Positions 1 through 9,546 of a DNA stretch of 64,000 nt are shown here, piece after piece. The stretch lies in assembly GCA_019118365.1 (NCBI GenBank), contig DWZA01000109.1:54110-118109 (forward strand), read 5' to 3'. The position numbers were made by a program, and so were the translations under genes. Numbering within the stretch: position 1 is the first letter of the stretch; each line of letters begins with the position of its first letter. The notes beneath the pieces are model-generated. The model was not told the DNA's origin. It saw only the letters and a program-made list of their open reading frames with translations, and ran no database searches. The DNA comes from Candidatus Lachnoclostridium stercoravium. Lineage in GTDB: Bacteria > Bacillota > Clostridia > Lachnospirales > Lachnospiraceae.

Positions 1-334
1 CCAGGGATCCGCCGATCACGAATACGATATGGCTGATCCCGTCGATCCCCAGCTTGCTGATCTTTTGGGAAAGCTCTACGGAATCCAGCATCTGGCCGTC
101 GATGGCCAGAGCGATCACGTACGCCCCTTCCCGGATCTGGGACAGGATCCTCTCTCCTTCTTTTTCTTTTATCTGCTCTTCAACAGCAGAAGACGCCCCT
201 TCCGGCGTCTTCTCGTCTGCCACCTGGATGATCTCCAATCTGCAGTATCTGCTCAGCCTTTTGCTGTACTCAGCGATGGCCTGCTCCAGGTATTTCTCTT
301 TGATCTTTCCAACTGTTACAAGGGTGATCCTCAT
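1..334 (-). CDS. rlmH: 23S rRNA (pseudouridine1915-N3)-methyltransferase RlmH, 3' end outside window
   Basis: Not in ORF track. Manual translation from ATG at 334: [44 protein letters not shown]...[11 protein letters not shown], the typical RlmH SPOUT sequence. ATGA overlap with the GNAT stop. Confidence 0.93.
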   Translation of the reverse strand, partial: MRITLVTVGKIKEKYLEQAIAEYSKRLSRYCRLEIIQVADEKTPEGASSAVEEQIKEKEGERILSQIREGAYVIALAIDGQMLDSVELSQKISKLGIDGISHIVFVIGGSL

Positions 335-828
335 TGTTCAAACTCCATGATCATGTCGTACCAGACCGCTCCCCCATGGACCGATTCTGACACGCCCATA
401 TTTCTATATCCGAATTTCCCGTAATACGGGATCAGCCGTTCCTTGCAGGTCAGGATCAGCCCTTTTCTTCCCTTTTCTTCTGCAGAGCGGATCAGCCCTT
501 CCATCAGGGCCGCAGCGATCCCCTGCCGGCGGTATTGGGGAAGAACGTCCAGCCCGAATATGCTCTGGTATGCGCCGTCTTCTTTGTGGAGGCCCGCATC
601 CTCAAACATATCGTCGCTGATGGTCTTTTTATCCGTAACCGCTCCGTTGATAAAGCCGATGATGGCGCCTCCCTGCTCTTCCGCTACGAGAAAGCTTTCC
701 GGAAACGCCTGGATCCGAAGGCGCAGCGACTCCCTGCCGGCCGCCTCTGCTTCTGGAAAACATATGCGCTCCACTTCAGCCACCTGATCCAGATCCTCCG
801 GCCGCGCCTGTCTGATTATGTATTCCAT
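331..828 (-). CDS. GNAT family N-acetyltransferase
   Basis: Acetyl-CoA motif A ([11 protein letters not shown]) and YYGKFGY. Confidence 0.88.
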   Translation of the reverse strand: MEYIIRQARPEDLDQVAEVERICFPEAEAAGRESLRLRIQAFPESFLVAEEQGGAIIGFINGAVTDKKTISDDMFEDAGLHKEDGAYQSIFGLDVLPQYRRQGIAAALMEGLIRSAEEKGRKGLILTCKERLIPYYGKFGYRNMGVSESVHGGAVWYDMIMEFEQ

Positions 829-843
829 AAATTCCTCCTGAAA

Positions 844-1542
844 CTATACCCGGAAATAATATCCCACGCCCCATTTTGTGTGGACATACTTCGGATCGCT
901 GGGACTGGGCTCGATCTTCTCCCGGAGACGTCTTACATGGACGTCCACCGTCCTTACGTCGCCGGTATCCGCAGCCTTATTGCCCCATACGTAAGTAAGG
1001 AGCGCTTCCCTGCTGTAGACCTTATTGGGGTTGCATACTAAAAGCTCCAGAAGGTCAAATTCCTTTGCCGTCAGATTGATCTCCTTATCGCCGATAAATA
1101 CCCTGCGCCCCTCAACGTCCAGACGCAGATCTCCCGCTGTGACCACCTTGTTCTCCTTGTGGCCCGTATTCCTGGACTGTTTGGAATTTCGCCGCATGAT
1201 CGCCTTGATCCTGGCCTTGACCTCCAGGATGTTAAAGGGCTTTGTGATATAGTCGTCCGCGCCGTATTCCAGGCCGAGGATCTTATCCATATCGTCGCCC
1301 TTTGCGGTCAGCATGATGATCGGCATCTCGGAAAATTCCCGTATCGCCTGGCACACTTCATAACCGTTGTGCTTTGGAAGCATCACATCCAACAGTACAA
1401 TATCATACTCTTTTTCCTTCGCCATATTGATGGCTTCTTCCCCGTCATAGGCGCAGTCTACTTCCATCCCGTCCTGTTCCAGGCTGAAACGGATCCCCTT
1501 TACGATCAATTTTTCATCATCCACTACCAATGCTCTAGCCAT
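844..1542 (-). CDS. OmpR/PhoB family response regulator
   Basis: Receiver domain (LVVDDE, LLDVMLP, GADDYITKPF) plus winged helix (RTVDVHVRRLREKIE, TKWGVGY). Confidence 0.95.
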   Translation of the reverse strand: MARALVVDDEKLIVKGIRFSLEQDGMEVDCAYDGEEAINMAKEKEYDIVLLDVMLPKHNGYEVCQAIREFSEMPIIMLTAKGDDMDKILGLEYGADDYITKPFNILEVKARIKAIMRRNSKQSRNTGHKENKVVTAGDLRLDVEGRRVFIGDKEINLTAKEFDLLELLVCNPNKVYSREALLTYVWGNKAADTGDVRTVDVHVRRLREKIEPSPSDPKYVHTKWGVGYYFRV

Positions 1543-1559
1543 TTCCCGTCATGCTCTCC

Positions 1560-2219
1560 TTATACGCTAATCCTGTCTTTTATTTTTTCAAACGCTGCAT
1601 CTTTGATCCCTGATATGTTTTTAATATCCTCGATCGACCGGAACGGGCCTTCTTCCTCCCTGTAGCGGATAATATCCGCCGCCCTGCTCTCGCCGATCCC
1701 ATTAAGCGTCATCAGTTCTTCTTTTCCGGCTGTGTTTAAATTTACCTTGCCGTCTCCGCCCGCCGTTCCCGAAACAGCCTGCAAGCCTGCTTCAGGCGTC
1801 AGTCCGGACGCTTCTGCTTCTTCCTCTGACAAAACGACGATCTTCATCCCGTCTGTCACCGGTCCGGCAAGATTCAGATATTCCTCCGCGGCCGCTTCCG
1901 TCAGGCCGCCTGCCGCTTCCACTGCCTGGAAAACACGGCTGCCTTCTTCCAGCTGATATACGCCCGGCGAAACCACTTCGCCGCATATATGTACATAATA
2001 AAGAGGCACAGGGACTGTCTCCATCTCTGTGCTGCTCTCCGCGGTTTCGCTCTCCTGCGCCTCATACCCGCCATAGCCGGCAGAACCGCTTTCTTCCAGG
2101 TTTTCCCCGGATGCTTCCTCATAAACGGCAGCCTGCTGCGCTGGTCCCGCGCTCATGCCGTAGCATATGCCCGCGCAGGCCATGCACGCCGCCGCTACCG
2201 CTGCTTTTTTATATTTCAT
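1560..2219 (-). CDS. comEA: ComEA family DNA-binding protein (SLBB + helix-hairpin-helix)
   Basis: VHICGEVVSPGVY...RVFQAVEAAGG, then VNLNTA...LNGIGESRA...IKNISGIK HhH repeats. Confidence 0.9.
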   Translation of the reverse strand: MKYKKAAVAAACMACAGICYGMSAGPAQQAAVYEEASGENLEESGSAGYGGYEAQESETAESSTEMETVPVPLYYVHICGEVVSPGVYQLEEGSRVFQAVEAAGGLTEAAAEEYLNLAGPVTDGMKIVVLSEEEAEASGLTPEAGLQAVSGTAGGDGKVNLNTAGKEELMTLNGIGESRAADIIRYREEEGPFRSIEDIKNISGIKDAAFEKIKDRISV

Positions 2220-2292
2220 GGATCCACCTTCCTTTCAGGCGGATACCATATTCAGTCTGACAATACTATTTTACATAAAATAATATGAGAAA

Positions 2293-2721
2293 TCAATAAC
2301 GAAAAATAATAATTCCGGCGACCGCCACTGCCGCTCCGATGGCCTTCTTCCATTCAAAAGGAACTTTTTCCGTTCCAAACAGCCCGAAGAGTTCGATCAG
2401 ATAGGCGATGATGATCTGGGATACCACGATCAGGAGAGCAGATTTCGCCGGTCCCAGGCTTCCAACGCTTTTAATGACCGTGTAAGTAATAAACGCTCCC
2501 AGCACTCCGCCCGCCAGCAGATATCTGGGGCTTACGGCCGCCAGGGCGGAAATGCTCTCCCTTCCGGTAAACGCCCAGGCCGCCGCGCATACAAAAAAAG
2601 CGGTCAGCTGCACCCAGCCGGCGGATACCCAGACGCTGGTCTGTTTTGTCACTCCTGTATTAAACACTCCCTGGATGCTCATAAGCGCGCCGGAAACCAG
2701 CGCAGTAAGGATTCCCCACAT
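2293..2721 (-). CDS. DMT family (YdcZ-like) membrane transporter
   Basis: Hydrophobic 142 aa protein with SIQGVFN and LAGGVLGA motifs. Confidence 0.8.
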   Translation of the reverse strand: MWGILTALVSGALMSIQGVFNTGVTKQTSVWVSAGWVQLTAFFVCAAAWAFTGRESISALAAVSPRYLLAGGVLGAFITYTVIKSVGSLGPAKSALLIVVSQIIIAYLIELFGLFGTEKVPFEWKKAIGAAVAVAGIIIFRY

Positions 2722-2811
2722 ATATCTTCCTCCATATTGCTTTTGTTTTGATCTTCAGCATTATTCTGCGGCAATATGAAAAAAATATACCTTTTCGGGT
2801 GCGTCTCGTTT

Positions 2812-3651
2812 TTATTTTCTCGCCAGGGCCGCCCGCACCAGATGTTTTGCCAGAACGGAGGTAGTCACTCCTCCGACTCCCCCTGGGACAGGCGTGGCTG
2901 CCGCCGCTTTGTCCTGAATGGACGCGAAATCCACGTCTCCGCACAGATTTCCATCCTCATCCACATTGATCCCCACGTCGATCACCACGGCTCCGTCTCC
3001 TACAAAGCTTCCGTTTAACATCCTTGCTTTGCCTGCTGCCGCAGCAAGGATCTGGGCGTTCCTGCAAGTCCCTTCCAGATCCTTTGTCCTGGTGTGGCAG
3101 ATAGTGACCGTAGCGTTTTCCTTTAAAGCGAGCATGGCCAGAGGCCTTCCTACTACCATGCTGCGCCCCACGATGGTCATCCGTTTTCCTTCCAGGGAAA
3201 TATTTCCCGCCTTCAGTATCTCTATCACCGCCTCGGCTGTACACGGCGCAAAACCGTCCTCTTCCCCTGCGAATACCTTTGCGATGTTCTCCGGCGATAT
3301 CCCGTCCAGGTCCTTGCCAGGATCGATCATCCTCTCGATATCCTTTTCCCTGATCTGTTTCGGCAGAGGCCTTAAAAGCAGGATCCCGTCAATATTTTCA
3401 TCCTGGTTGATCTTCTGGAACTGCTCTTTAAACTCGCCGTCGCTTATATCTGCCGGAAATGTATAGGAATCCGCCAGAAGCCCCAGTTTTTCCATCTTTT
3501 TTATGGCGTTTCTCTCATAAGAAATATCATCCGGCTTTTCTCCCACCCGCACGATCGCCAGCCTTGGAGTATAACCGTTCAGCCGTCCCATCTCATGGTC
3601 GATCTCTTCTTTTATCTTTGCCGCTGCAACTGCGCCTTTTAATATCTCCAT
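2812..3651 (-). CDS. folD: Bifunctional methylenetetrahydrofolate dehydrogenase/cyclohydrolase
   Basis: KDLDG, PCTAEA, VGRSMVVGRP, TICHTRT, DVGIN, TPVPGGVG motifs. Confidence 0.93.
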   Translation of the reverse strand: MEILKGAVAAAKIKEEIDHEMGRLNGYTPRLAIVRVGEKPDDISYERNAIKKMEKLGLLADSYTFPADISDGEFKEQFQKINQDENIDGILLLRPLPKQIREKDIERMIDPGKDLDGISPENIAKVFAGEEDGFAPCTAEAVIEILKAGNISLEGKRMTIVGRSMVVGRPLAMLALKENATVTICHTRTKDLEGTCRNAQILAAAAGKARMLNGSFVGDGAVVIDVGINVDEDGNLCGDVDFASIQDKAAAATPVPGGVGGVTTSVLAKHLVRAALARK

Positions 3652-3652
3652 C

Positions 3653-4282
3653 TTATTTCTTCAGTCCTTTCAGGATCTTATCGTAAATCTCATCCGCTGC
3701 TTCCGTGCCGCGGTCGATCATCAGCTGCGCTCTCTCGTTGAGTCTCTCCGCTTCGTCCCGGTTCTTCATAGATCCGGTATTGATAAATACGTTCATAGCC
3801 GCTCCGGTAAGGGAGGCGCGGATGAACTGGACGCCTACGCCCACGTCGCTGATAGCCATGCGGCTTCCCTTTTCCGCCAGGACAGAGAGGATCGCCAGCA
3901 TCTCCATGCACGTTTCCATGATCTGCATCGGGATCAGGCTTGCCGCCAGAAGACTTGCTTCCATCACCTGGTCTTTGTACTGCTTTTCCAGATCCGTCTC
4001 ATAGGGCAGCCGGTAAGCGGCCGCCAGAGGGGCGAAAACTTCTCCGTCCCTGTCGGCCAGATCCGTGAAGCCTCTCTGCAGCTCCTTCATCCTTTCCAGA
4101 AGTTCCTTCAGTTCTTCTTCATATTCCGCATATTTTTTCTTTCCGATCGTCAGATTCGCCACCATCTGCCCCAGGCCGTTTCCGATCGCGCCCCCGATGG
4201 CGGAAGCTCCGCCGCCGCCCGGAACAGGAGCCTTTGACGAAAGCTCCCCTAAAAACTCTTCAATTGTCTTTTTCTCTGTCAT
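3653..4282 (-). CDS. fchA: Formiminotetrahydrofolate cyclodeaminase / methenyl-THF cyclohydrolase family
   Basis: LSSKAPVPGGGGASA, MVANLTIGKKKY, SDVGVG, NVFIN; adjacent to folD. Confidence 0.85.
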   Translation of the reverse strand: MTEKKTIEEFLGELSSKAPVPGGGGASAIGGAIGNGLGQMVANLTIGKKKYAEYEEELKELLERMKELQRGFTDLADRDGEVFAPLAAAYRLPYETDLEKQYKDQVMEASLLAASLIPMQIMETCMEMLAILSVLAEKGSRMAISDVGVGVQFIRASLTGAAMNVFINTGSMKNRDEAERLNERAQLMIDRGTEAADEIYDKILKGLKK

Positions 4283-4363
4283 ATCGCCATCCCTTTCCTG
4301 TCTGATTTTCCCTAATCATATCATTATTATGGAAAAATTGAAAGCCCTGCATATTTCTTCCCA

Positions 4364-4402
4364 TTTTTATATTTATGCACTAATTTTGAATATAATATAA
4401 AT
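4364..4402. promoter_or_regulatory. Possible tandem ARG boxes upstream of argG
   Basis: TTTATATTTATGCA (4366) and TGAATATAATATAA (4387) lie 21 bp apart, the ArgR tandem spacing. Both are imperfect and the region is AT-rich. Confidence 0.35.
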
Positions 4403-4504
4403 ATTTATAAATTTTACTCTTGATTTTTCCGGGATAATGTTGTATATTTATGAAAGTTTGAAACAGACCATAACAGAAATGATACATATATGAGGAGGAT
4501 CACT

Positions 4505-5731
4505 ATGAAAGAGAAAGTTGTTTTAGCATATTCCGGCGGACTTGATACCACAGCCATCATCCCGTGGCTGAAAGAGCATTTTGATTATGAAGTAATCTGC
4601 TGCTGCGTTGACTGCGGCCAGGGCAGCGAGCTGGACGGCCTGGAAGAGAGGGCGAAGCTGTCCGGCGCTTCCAAATTATACATTGAAGACATCGTCGACG
4701 ATTTCAGCGACAATTACATCGTTCCCTGCGTCCAGGCGGGCGCCGTATATGAAAATAAATACCTGCTGGGCACCTCTATGGCCCGTCCGGCAATCGCAAA
4801 ACGCCTTGTAGAGATCGCAAGGAAGGAAGGCGCTGTAGCCATCTGCCATGGCGCTACAGGCAAAGGCAACGACCAGATCCGTTTCGAGCTGGGCATCAAG
4901 GCTCTTGCTCCTGATCTAAAGATCATCGCTCCATGGCGTATGACCGACGTCTGGACCATGAAGTCCCGTGAAGACGAGATCGAATACTGCAAACAGCACG
5001 GCATCAATCTCCCGTTCTCCGCAGACAACAGCTACAGCCGCGACCGCAACTTATGGCACATCAGCCACGAAGGCCTGGAGCTTGAGGATCCGGCAAACGA
5101 GCCGAATTACGATCATCTCCTTGTCCTGGGAGTTACTCCGCAGAAGGCTCCTGATAAAGAAACTGAAGTGACCATGACATTTGAAAAAGGCGTTCCTACC
5201 AGCGTAAACGGCAAGAAGATGAAAGTTTCCGACATCATCAAGGAACTGAACAAGCTGGGCGGTGAAAATGGCATCGGTATCGTAGATATCGTAGAAAACC
5301 GTGTGGTAGGCATGAAATCCCGCGGCGTTTATGAGACTCCTGGCGGAACCATCCTCATGGAAGCTCATCAGCAGCTGGAAGAACTGGTATTAGACAGGGC
5401 TACTATGGAAGTGAAGAAAGACATGGGCAACAAGTTCGCTCAGATCGTATATGAAGGAAAATGGTTCACTCCTTTAAGGGAGGCGATCCAGGCATTCGTA
5501 GAATCTACTCAGGAATATGTGACCGGCGAAGTAAAATTCAAACTGTACAAGGGCAACATCATCAAAGCCGGCACAACTTCTCCATACTCTCTGTACAGCG
5601 AGTCCCTGGCTTCCTTCACAACAGGCGACCTCTATGATCACCACGACGCGGACGGATTCATCACCCTGTTCGGTCTGCCGTTAAAGGTAAGGGCTATGAA
5701 GATGGCTGAACTGGCAAAGAACCAGAAATAA
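4505..5731 (+). CDS. argG: Argininosuccinate synthase
   Basis: [33 protein letters not shown]; GAGGAGG RBS before ATG 4505. Confidence 0.98.
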   Translation: MKEKVVLAYSGGLDTTAIIPWLKEHFDYEVICCCVDCGQGSELDGLEERAKLSGASKLYIEDIVDDFSDNYIVPCVQAGAVYENKYLLGTSMARPAIAKRLVEIARKEGAVAICHGATGKGNDQIRFELGIKALAPDLKIIAPWRMTDVWTMKSREDEIEYCKQHGINLPFSADNSYSRDRNLWHISHEGLELEDPANEPNYDHLLVLGVTPQKAPDKETEVTMTFEKGVPTSVNGKKMKVSDIIKELNKLGGENGIGIVDIVENRVVGMKSRGVYETPGGTILMEAHQQLEELVLDRATMEVKKDMGNKFAQIVYEGKWFTPLREAIQAFVESTQEYVTGEVKFKLYKGNIIKAGTTSPYSLYSESLASFTTGDLYDHHDADGFITLFGLPLKVRAMKMAELAKNQK

Positions 5732-5743
5732 AACAGAATTTGA

Positions 5744-5791
5744 AAAAGATGGCGGATATCTTCCTTTCCGGGAGCGTATCCGCCATCTTTT
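5744..5791. terminator. Bidirectional intrinsic terminator
   Basis: AAAAGATGGCGGATA / TATCCGCCATCTTTT inverted repeat between convergent argG and hxlR-like genes. Confidence 0.85.
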
Positions 5792-5800
5792 AATTTTTAA

Positions 5801-6139
5801 CTATTTCCTGGGCCTGTTCTCTTCTCCCCAGATGCACAGCTGATCCAGGACGACCATCAGAGATTTTCCAAGATCGCTGAGGCTGTATTCCACCTTTGGC
5901 GGGATCTGAGGATATTCCGTCCTGACGATCAGGCGATCGGCTTCCAGCTCTTTCAGATTGGCGCTGAGCGTTTTATCTGAAATATTTTTCAGATAACGTT
6001 TCAGTTCATTAAAACGTACCACCTGGAACTCCATCAGGCAGTACAGGATCACCATCTTATGCTTGCCGGAAATGAGGGACAGGGTATAATGGAAGCCTGT
6101 ATCTTCAAAATTCGCATTTTCAATATACTTCTGGATCAT
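5801..6139 (-). CDS. HxlR family winged-helix transcriptional regulator
   Basis: LISGKHK...RFNELKR...ISDKTLSANLKELEADRLI...YPQIPPKVEYSLS; start reassigned to ATG 6139. Confidence 0.9.
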   Translation of the reverse strand: MIQKYIENANFEDTGFHYTLSLISGKHKMVILYCLMEFQVVRFNELKRYLKNISDKTLSANLKELEADRLIVRTEYPQIPPKVEYSLSDLGKSLMVVLDQLCIWGEENRPRK

Positions 6140-6261
6140 AACACTTTCCTCGCAGATAGTACCTGTCTTAATTGCCAGTACTTGAACTTCTTTTTTTTCC
6201 CAAGTATAATTATATGTAGGACACAAGATCCTGTCAAACTCTTTTACAATGGGAGGTTATT

Positions 6262-6840
6262 ATGAGAACAAAATTAAATATCACAGAAGGTATTTTCCCA
6301 ATGCCAGTCCTGATGGTCGCAACTTACAATGAAGACGGCAGCGTCAATGTCATGAACGCCGCATGGGGCACCATGCAGGCACGGGATACGGTTGCTCTCA
6401 GCCTGACAGAAAGCCACAAGACCGTGAAAAATATCAAGGAACGCGGCGCATTTACGATCAGCATTGCCACAGCCGCTCATATAACGGAGGCTGATTATTT
6501 TGGCGTAGAATCCGGCAATCTCGTAGCAGACAAGTTCGCCCGGAGCGGCCTGACTGCCAGCAGGGCAGAAATGGTCGACGCGCCTGTGATCAATGAATTC
6601 CCTATTTGCCTGGAATGCCAGTTCATCGAATACCAGGATGGAGAGTATGGCTGCGGCGTGATCGGAAAGGTCGTGAATGTCACTGCTGATGAAAGCGTTA
6701 TAACAAATGGAAAGGTCGACATTTCCCTGGTAAACGCGATCGCGTTTGATCCGTACACCCATGGATATTATAAAGTGACCGAGCGCGTCGGCGAAGCTTT
6801 CAGCGACGGTCTGAAGCTGAAACCCTCAAATACCCCGTAA
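6262..6840 (+). CDS. Flavin reductase / flavoredoxin family protein
   Basis: FPMPVLMVAT, NVMNAAWG, SHKTVKNI, DYFGVESG, APVINEFPICLEC; divergent from HxlR. Confidence 0.87.
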   Translation: MRTKLNITEGIFPMPVLMVATYNEDGSVNVMNAAWGTMQARDTVALSLTESHKTVKNIKERGAFTISIATAAHITEADYFGVESGNLVADKFARSGLTASRAEMVDAPVINEFPICLECQFIEYQDGEYGCGVIGKVVNVTADESVITNGKVDISLVNAIAFDPYTHGYYKVTERVGEAFSDGLKLKPSNTP

Positions 6841-6952
6841 TAAACTGTCCGATATAGATATCCTATTCCAGGGCCGGCCATGGGAGTCTTGCCGCACAAA
6901 TCCTTTCGTGCGGCAGCGCCATGCCGCCGCTATTTTGAATCTGATATCTTTT

Positions 6953-7285
6953 TTATGCATAACGCTTCTGCGCCCGGTACATGCGGACCACAGAAAAGCC
7001 GATCGCTATGGCAAACACTGTTATCCCCATATAGATCAGTTCTTCTTTCTGAAAGATCCCATACAGGATCCAGAACGCTCCCATGGAGAAAGCGCCCAGT
7101 CCGTCCAGAGCGCATGCTTTGCCCATCTGCTGGGTATATTCTTCCACATCTTCCGCCTTTACCTTGCCGTGGGGGAAGAGAAAGATCAGTCCGATCTTCC
7201 TGTGCCACCATATATGAAAGCCAAAGGCCATGGTAATGCTTCCCAATACTATGCAGACCACTGCTGCCGCGATCAGATCTCCCAT
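6953..7285 (-). CDS. Small membrane protein (DUF3784-like)
   Basis: Three hydrophobic segments; ends YRAQKRY; RBS present. Confidence 0.6.
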   Translation of the reverse strand: MGDLIAAAVVCIVLGSITMAFGFHIWWHRKIGLIFLFPHGKVKAEDVEEYTQQMGKACALDGLGAFSMGAFWILYGIFQKEELIYMGITVFAIAIGFSVVRMYRAQKRYA

Positions 7286-7318
7286 AACTTCATCTCCAGT
7301 TTTCTTCTACTTCTTTTT

Positions 7319-7447
7319 TCAGGTCGCAGAACATATTTCATACAAACCAACTGATCCAGTTAATATCACATTATCGTAAGGTTCCTCATATGCAAATATA
7401 TCTTTCATATTAGACAAAGCCGCACAAAAGTTCTCATATTTTTTCAT
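7319..7447 (-). pseudogene. Truncated HEPN / nucleotidyltransferase substrate-binding protein (HI0074-like), 42 aa remnant
   Basis: Manual translation MKKYENFCAALSNMKDIFAYEEPYDNVILTGSVGLYEICSAT-stop. It overlaps the MNT 3' end, as in MNT-HEPN operons, and stops before any RxxxxH motif. Confidence 0.75.
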
Positions 7448-7727
7448 AAATTACTATTCCTTCCTTGCTGATAGATTCCAGAAGTTCTTTCTGAACGCTT
7501 GCGTCTAAATCTACGATATCATATTTCAAAAGCGTCGAAGTTTCTTCATCTACATCCAGAGAAAAACGGACAGTATCTCCCCCCTGTACGGCGAGGTCAA
7601 TATCGCTCTTAGGCCGATAATCGCCCCTTGCTCTGGAGCCAAATAAGATCACTTTATTTACCCCATACTTTTCCGCCAATTTTCGTATTTCCTGGATCAC
7701 CAGAGGCTTTATACCTGTTTCCGTCAT
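7434..7727 (-). CDS. Minimal nucleotidyltransferase (MNT, type VII TA antitoxin-like)
   Basis: ILFGSRARGDYRPKSDIDLAV (GS-x10-DxD) and YDIVDL; 97 aa from ATG 7727. Confidence 0.9.
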   Translation of the reverse strand: MTETGIKPLVIQEIRKLAEKYGVNKVILFGSRARGDYRPKSDIDLAVQGGDTVRFSLDVDEETSTLLKYDIVDLDASVQKELLESISKEGIVIYEKI

Positions 7728-7912
7728 ATTTCCCCGCCTTCCCTGTGTCATTATCATTTCACATATCAGTTCAGCCATGCTCCTTCCTGCCGGCACAGCT
7801 GAACAGTTACTATTTTACTATGGTTCGGTTTTCTTCACAATGTTTTTATGAATTCTTTATATACTTTCCTATTGGATTATGATAAAATAAGCGCCATAAG
7901 GAGGGATGATTT

Positions 7913-8620
7913 ATGGATAATAATACACAGCAGTTTTACAGCCAGTCCTATGGCTACCAGGCGGAATCTCTCGGCAGATATACTTCCAAGACTTTCGGAT
8001 GGATGTTCGCAGGACTGCTTATCACATTTTTAACCGCATTTTTCGGATATGCTACAAGAACGATCTTATACGTATTTACCATTCCATACGCATATCTGAT
8101 CTTAGCGGCAGCGGAGCTGGCGGTAGTGATTTACCTTTCCGCCAGGATCGAGAAGATGTCCGTAGGTACGGCAAGACTTCTGTTCTTCCTGTACTCTATT
8201 TTAAACGGCGTCGTGTTCTCCGCTCTGTTTCTGGTTTACGCAACCGCAGACCTGATCCTGATCTTTGGCGCTACGTCGCTGTTCTTCGGTATCATGGCAA
8301 TCCTTGGTTATACCACTAACGCGGATTTCAGCAGGATCCGTCCCTTTATGACGGCAGGACTTATCTTCCTGATCGCATTCTGGATCCTGTCCATCTTTAT
8401 CAACCTGCAGCAGTTTGAGACGATCGTATGCACGATCGGAATCTTCCTGTTCCTGGTGCTCACAGCATATGACACTCAGAAGATCCGCGCATACCACGCC
8501 TACTACTCCAATCAGCCGGAGATGGCGGCAAAGGCTTCGATCTTCTCCGCACTCCAGCTTTACCTGGATTTCATCAACCTGTTCCTCTATCTGCTGAGAT
8601 TTGTAGGAAAGAAAAATTAA
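7913..8620 (+). CDS. Bax inhibitor-1 / YccA family membrane protein
   Basis: Multi-TM protein with LTAYDTQKI and SALQLYLDFINLFLYLLR. Confidence 0.92.
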   Translation: MDNNTQQFYSQSYGYQAESLGRYTSKTFGWMFAGLLITFLTAFFGYATRTILYVFTIPYAYLILAAAELAVVIYLSARIEKMSVGTARLLFFLYSILNGVVFSALFLVYATADLILIFGATSLFFGIMAILGYTTNADFSRIRPFMTAGLIFLIAFWILSIFINLQQFETIVCTIGIFLFLVLTAYDTQKIRAYHAYYSNQPEMAAKASIFSALQLYLDFINLFLYLLRFVGKKN

Positions 8621-8684
8621 AGCCTGGCGCTGATCTTTTTCACGGGAGAATAAACGGTTTAAACTGCAAAATTCTTTGTTTTAT

Positions 8685-8950
8685 CCGTACATTTAGCGGG
8701 ATTACACCGCTTAAAGAAACTCTTTCATATTTTGAGCCGTACTTCTCTGTTGAGAATACGGCTCAAAATGCATTTTTTCGGTTTATAACCGTATATTTTA
8801 CATAAAAGTACGGATGAAACGAGGATTTCTCACTCTTAGACCGTACTTACCAGTCTAAAGGTACTGACAAAATACGTATTTTGGAATTTTAATCCGTATT
8901 TACCAGATTCAGGTACGGTTTAAAAGCTATTTTTTCATTCAGAAGCCGTA
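8685..8950. repeat. Degenerate 52-bp-period array of CCGTA-N15-TACGG palindromic units
   Basis: CCGTA at 8685, 8737, 8789, 8841, 8894, 8946; TACGG at +20 in the units at 8737, 8789, 8894 (TACTG at +21 in the 8841 unit). Confidence 0.85.
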
Positions 8951-9006
8951 TTCTTACATCCCATTTCAATTTTCTGAATGCAGCAGCACGCCAGCGGCAT
9001 ATCGAT

Positions 9007-9522
9007 TTACTTTCCAAGAAGTCCCCTATATATCTCCAGGCTCTCGTCGTCAAACAATACGAACACGATCTTATCCAGCTTTTCCGGATTTTTCTGCGAA
9101 AATTCCCGCGCCGTCTCCACCGCGATCTCTGCCGCCTGTCTTTTGGGGTATCCATAGATTCCCGTGGAAATTGCAGGAAACGCGATCGAGCGGATCCCGT
9201 TCTGAGCCGCCAGCTCCAGAGAAGTTTCATAGCAGGATCTTAAAAGCTCCGGTTCGTTCTTGTTCCCGCCGTTCCATACCGGCCCTACCGTATGGATCAC
9301 GTACTTGCAGGGAAGCTTATGTCCTCCTGTGATCTTTGCATCCCCTGTTTTACAGCCGTGAAGCTTCATGCACTCCAAAAGCAGGCCTTTCCCTGCCGCC
9401 CGATGGATAGCGCCGTCCACTCCCCCGCCTCCTAACAGAGACGAATTTGCCGCGTTTACGATCGCGTCCACGTCCGTCAGTTTCGTGATGTCCCCTTTGA
9501 TCGCTTCCAATCTAGCCGCCAT
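9007..9522 (-). CDS. Macrodomain protein (MacroD/YmdB type, ADP-ribose deacylase)
   Basis: [50 protein letters not shown]. Confidence 0.95.
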   Translation of the reverse strand: MAARLEAIKGDITKLTDVDAIVNAANSSLLGGGGVDGAIHRAAGKGLLLECMKLHGCKTGDAKITGGHKLPCKYVIHTVGPVWNGGNKNEPELLRSCYETSLELAAQNGIRSIAFPAISTGIYGYPKRQAAEIAVETAREFSQKNPEKLDKIVFVLFDDESLEIYRGLLGK

Positions 9523-9546
9523 GATCTCATCCTCCTTCCCGTTCCA

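Noticed and set aside
844-1542. Response regulator with no adjacent kinase
   Set aside because: Orphan regulators are common and the context is housekeeping; nothing else is unusual.
3576-3585. GTTCAGCCG inside folD
   Set aside because: Lies in coding sequence with no partner arm; likely chance.
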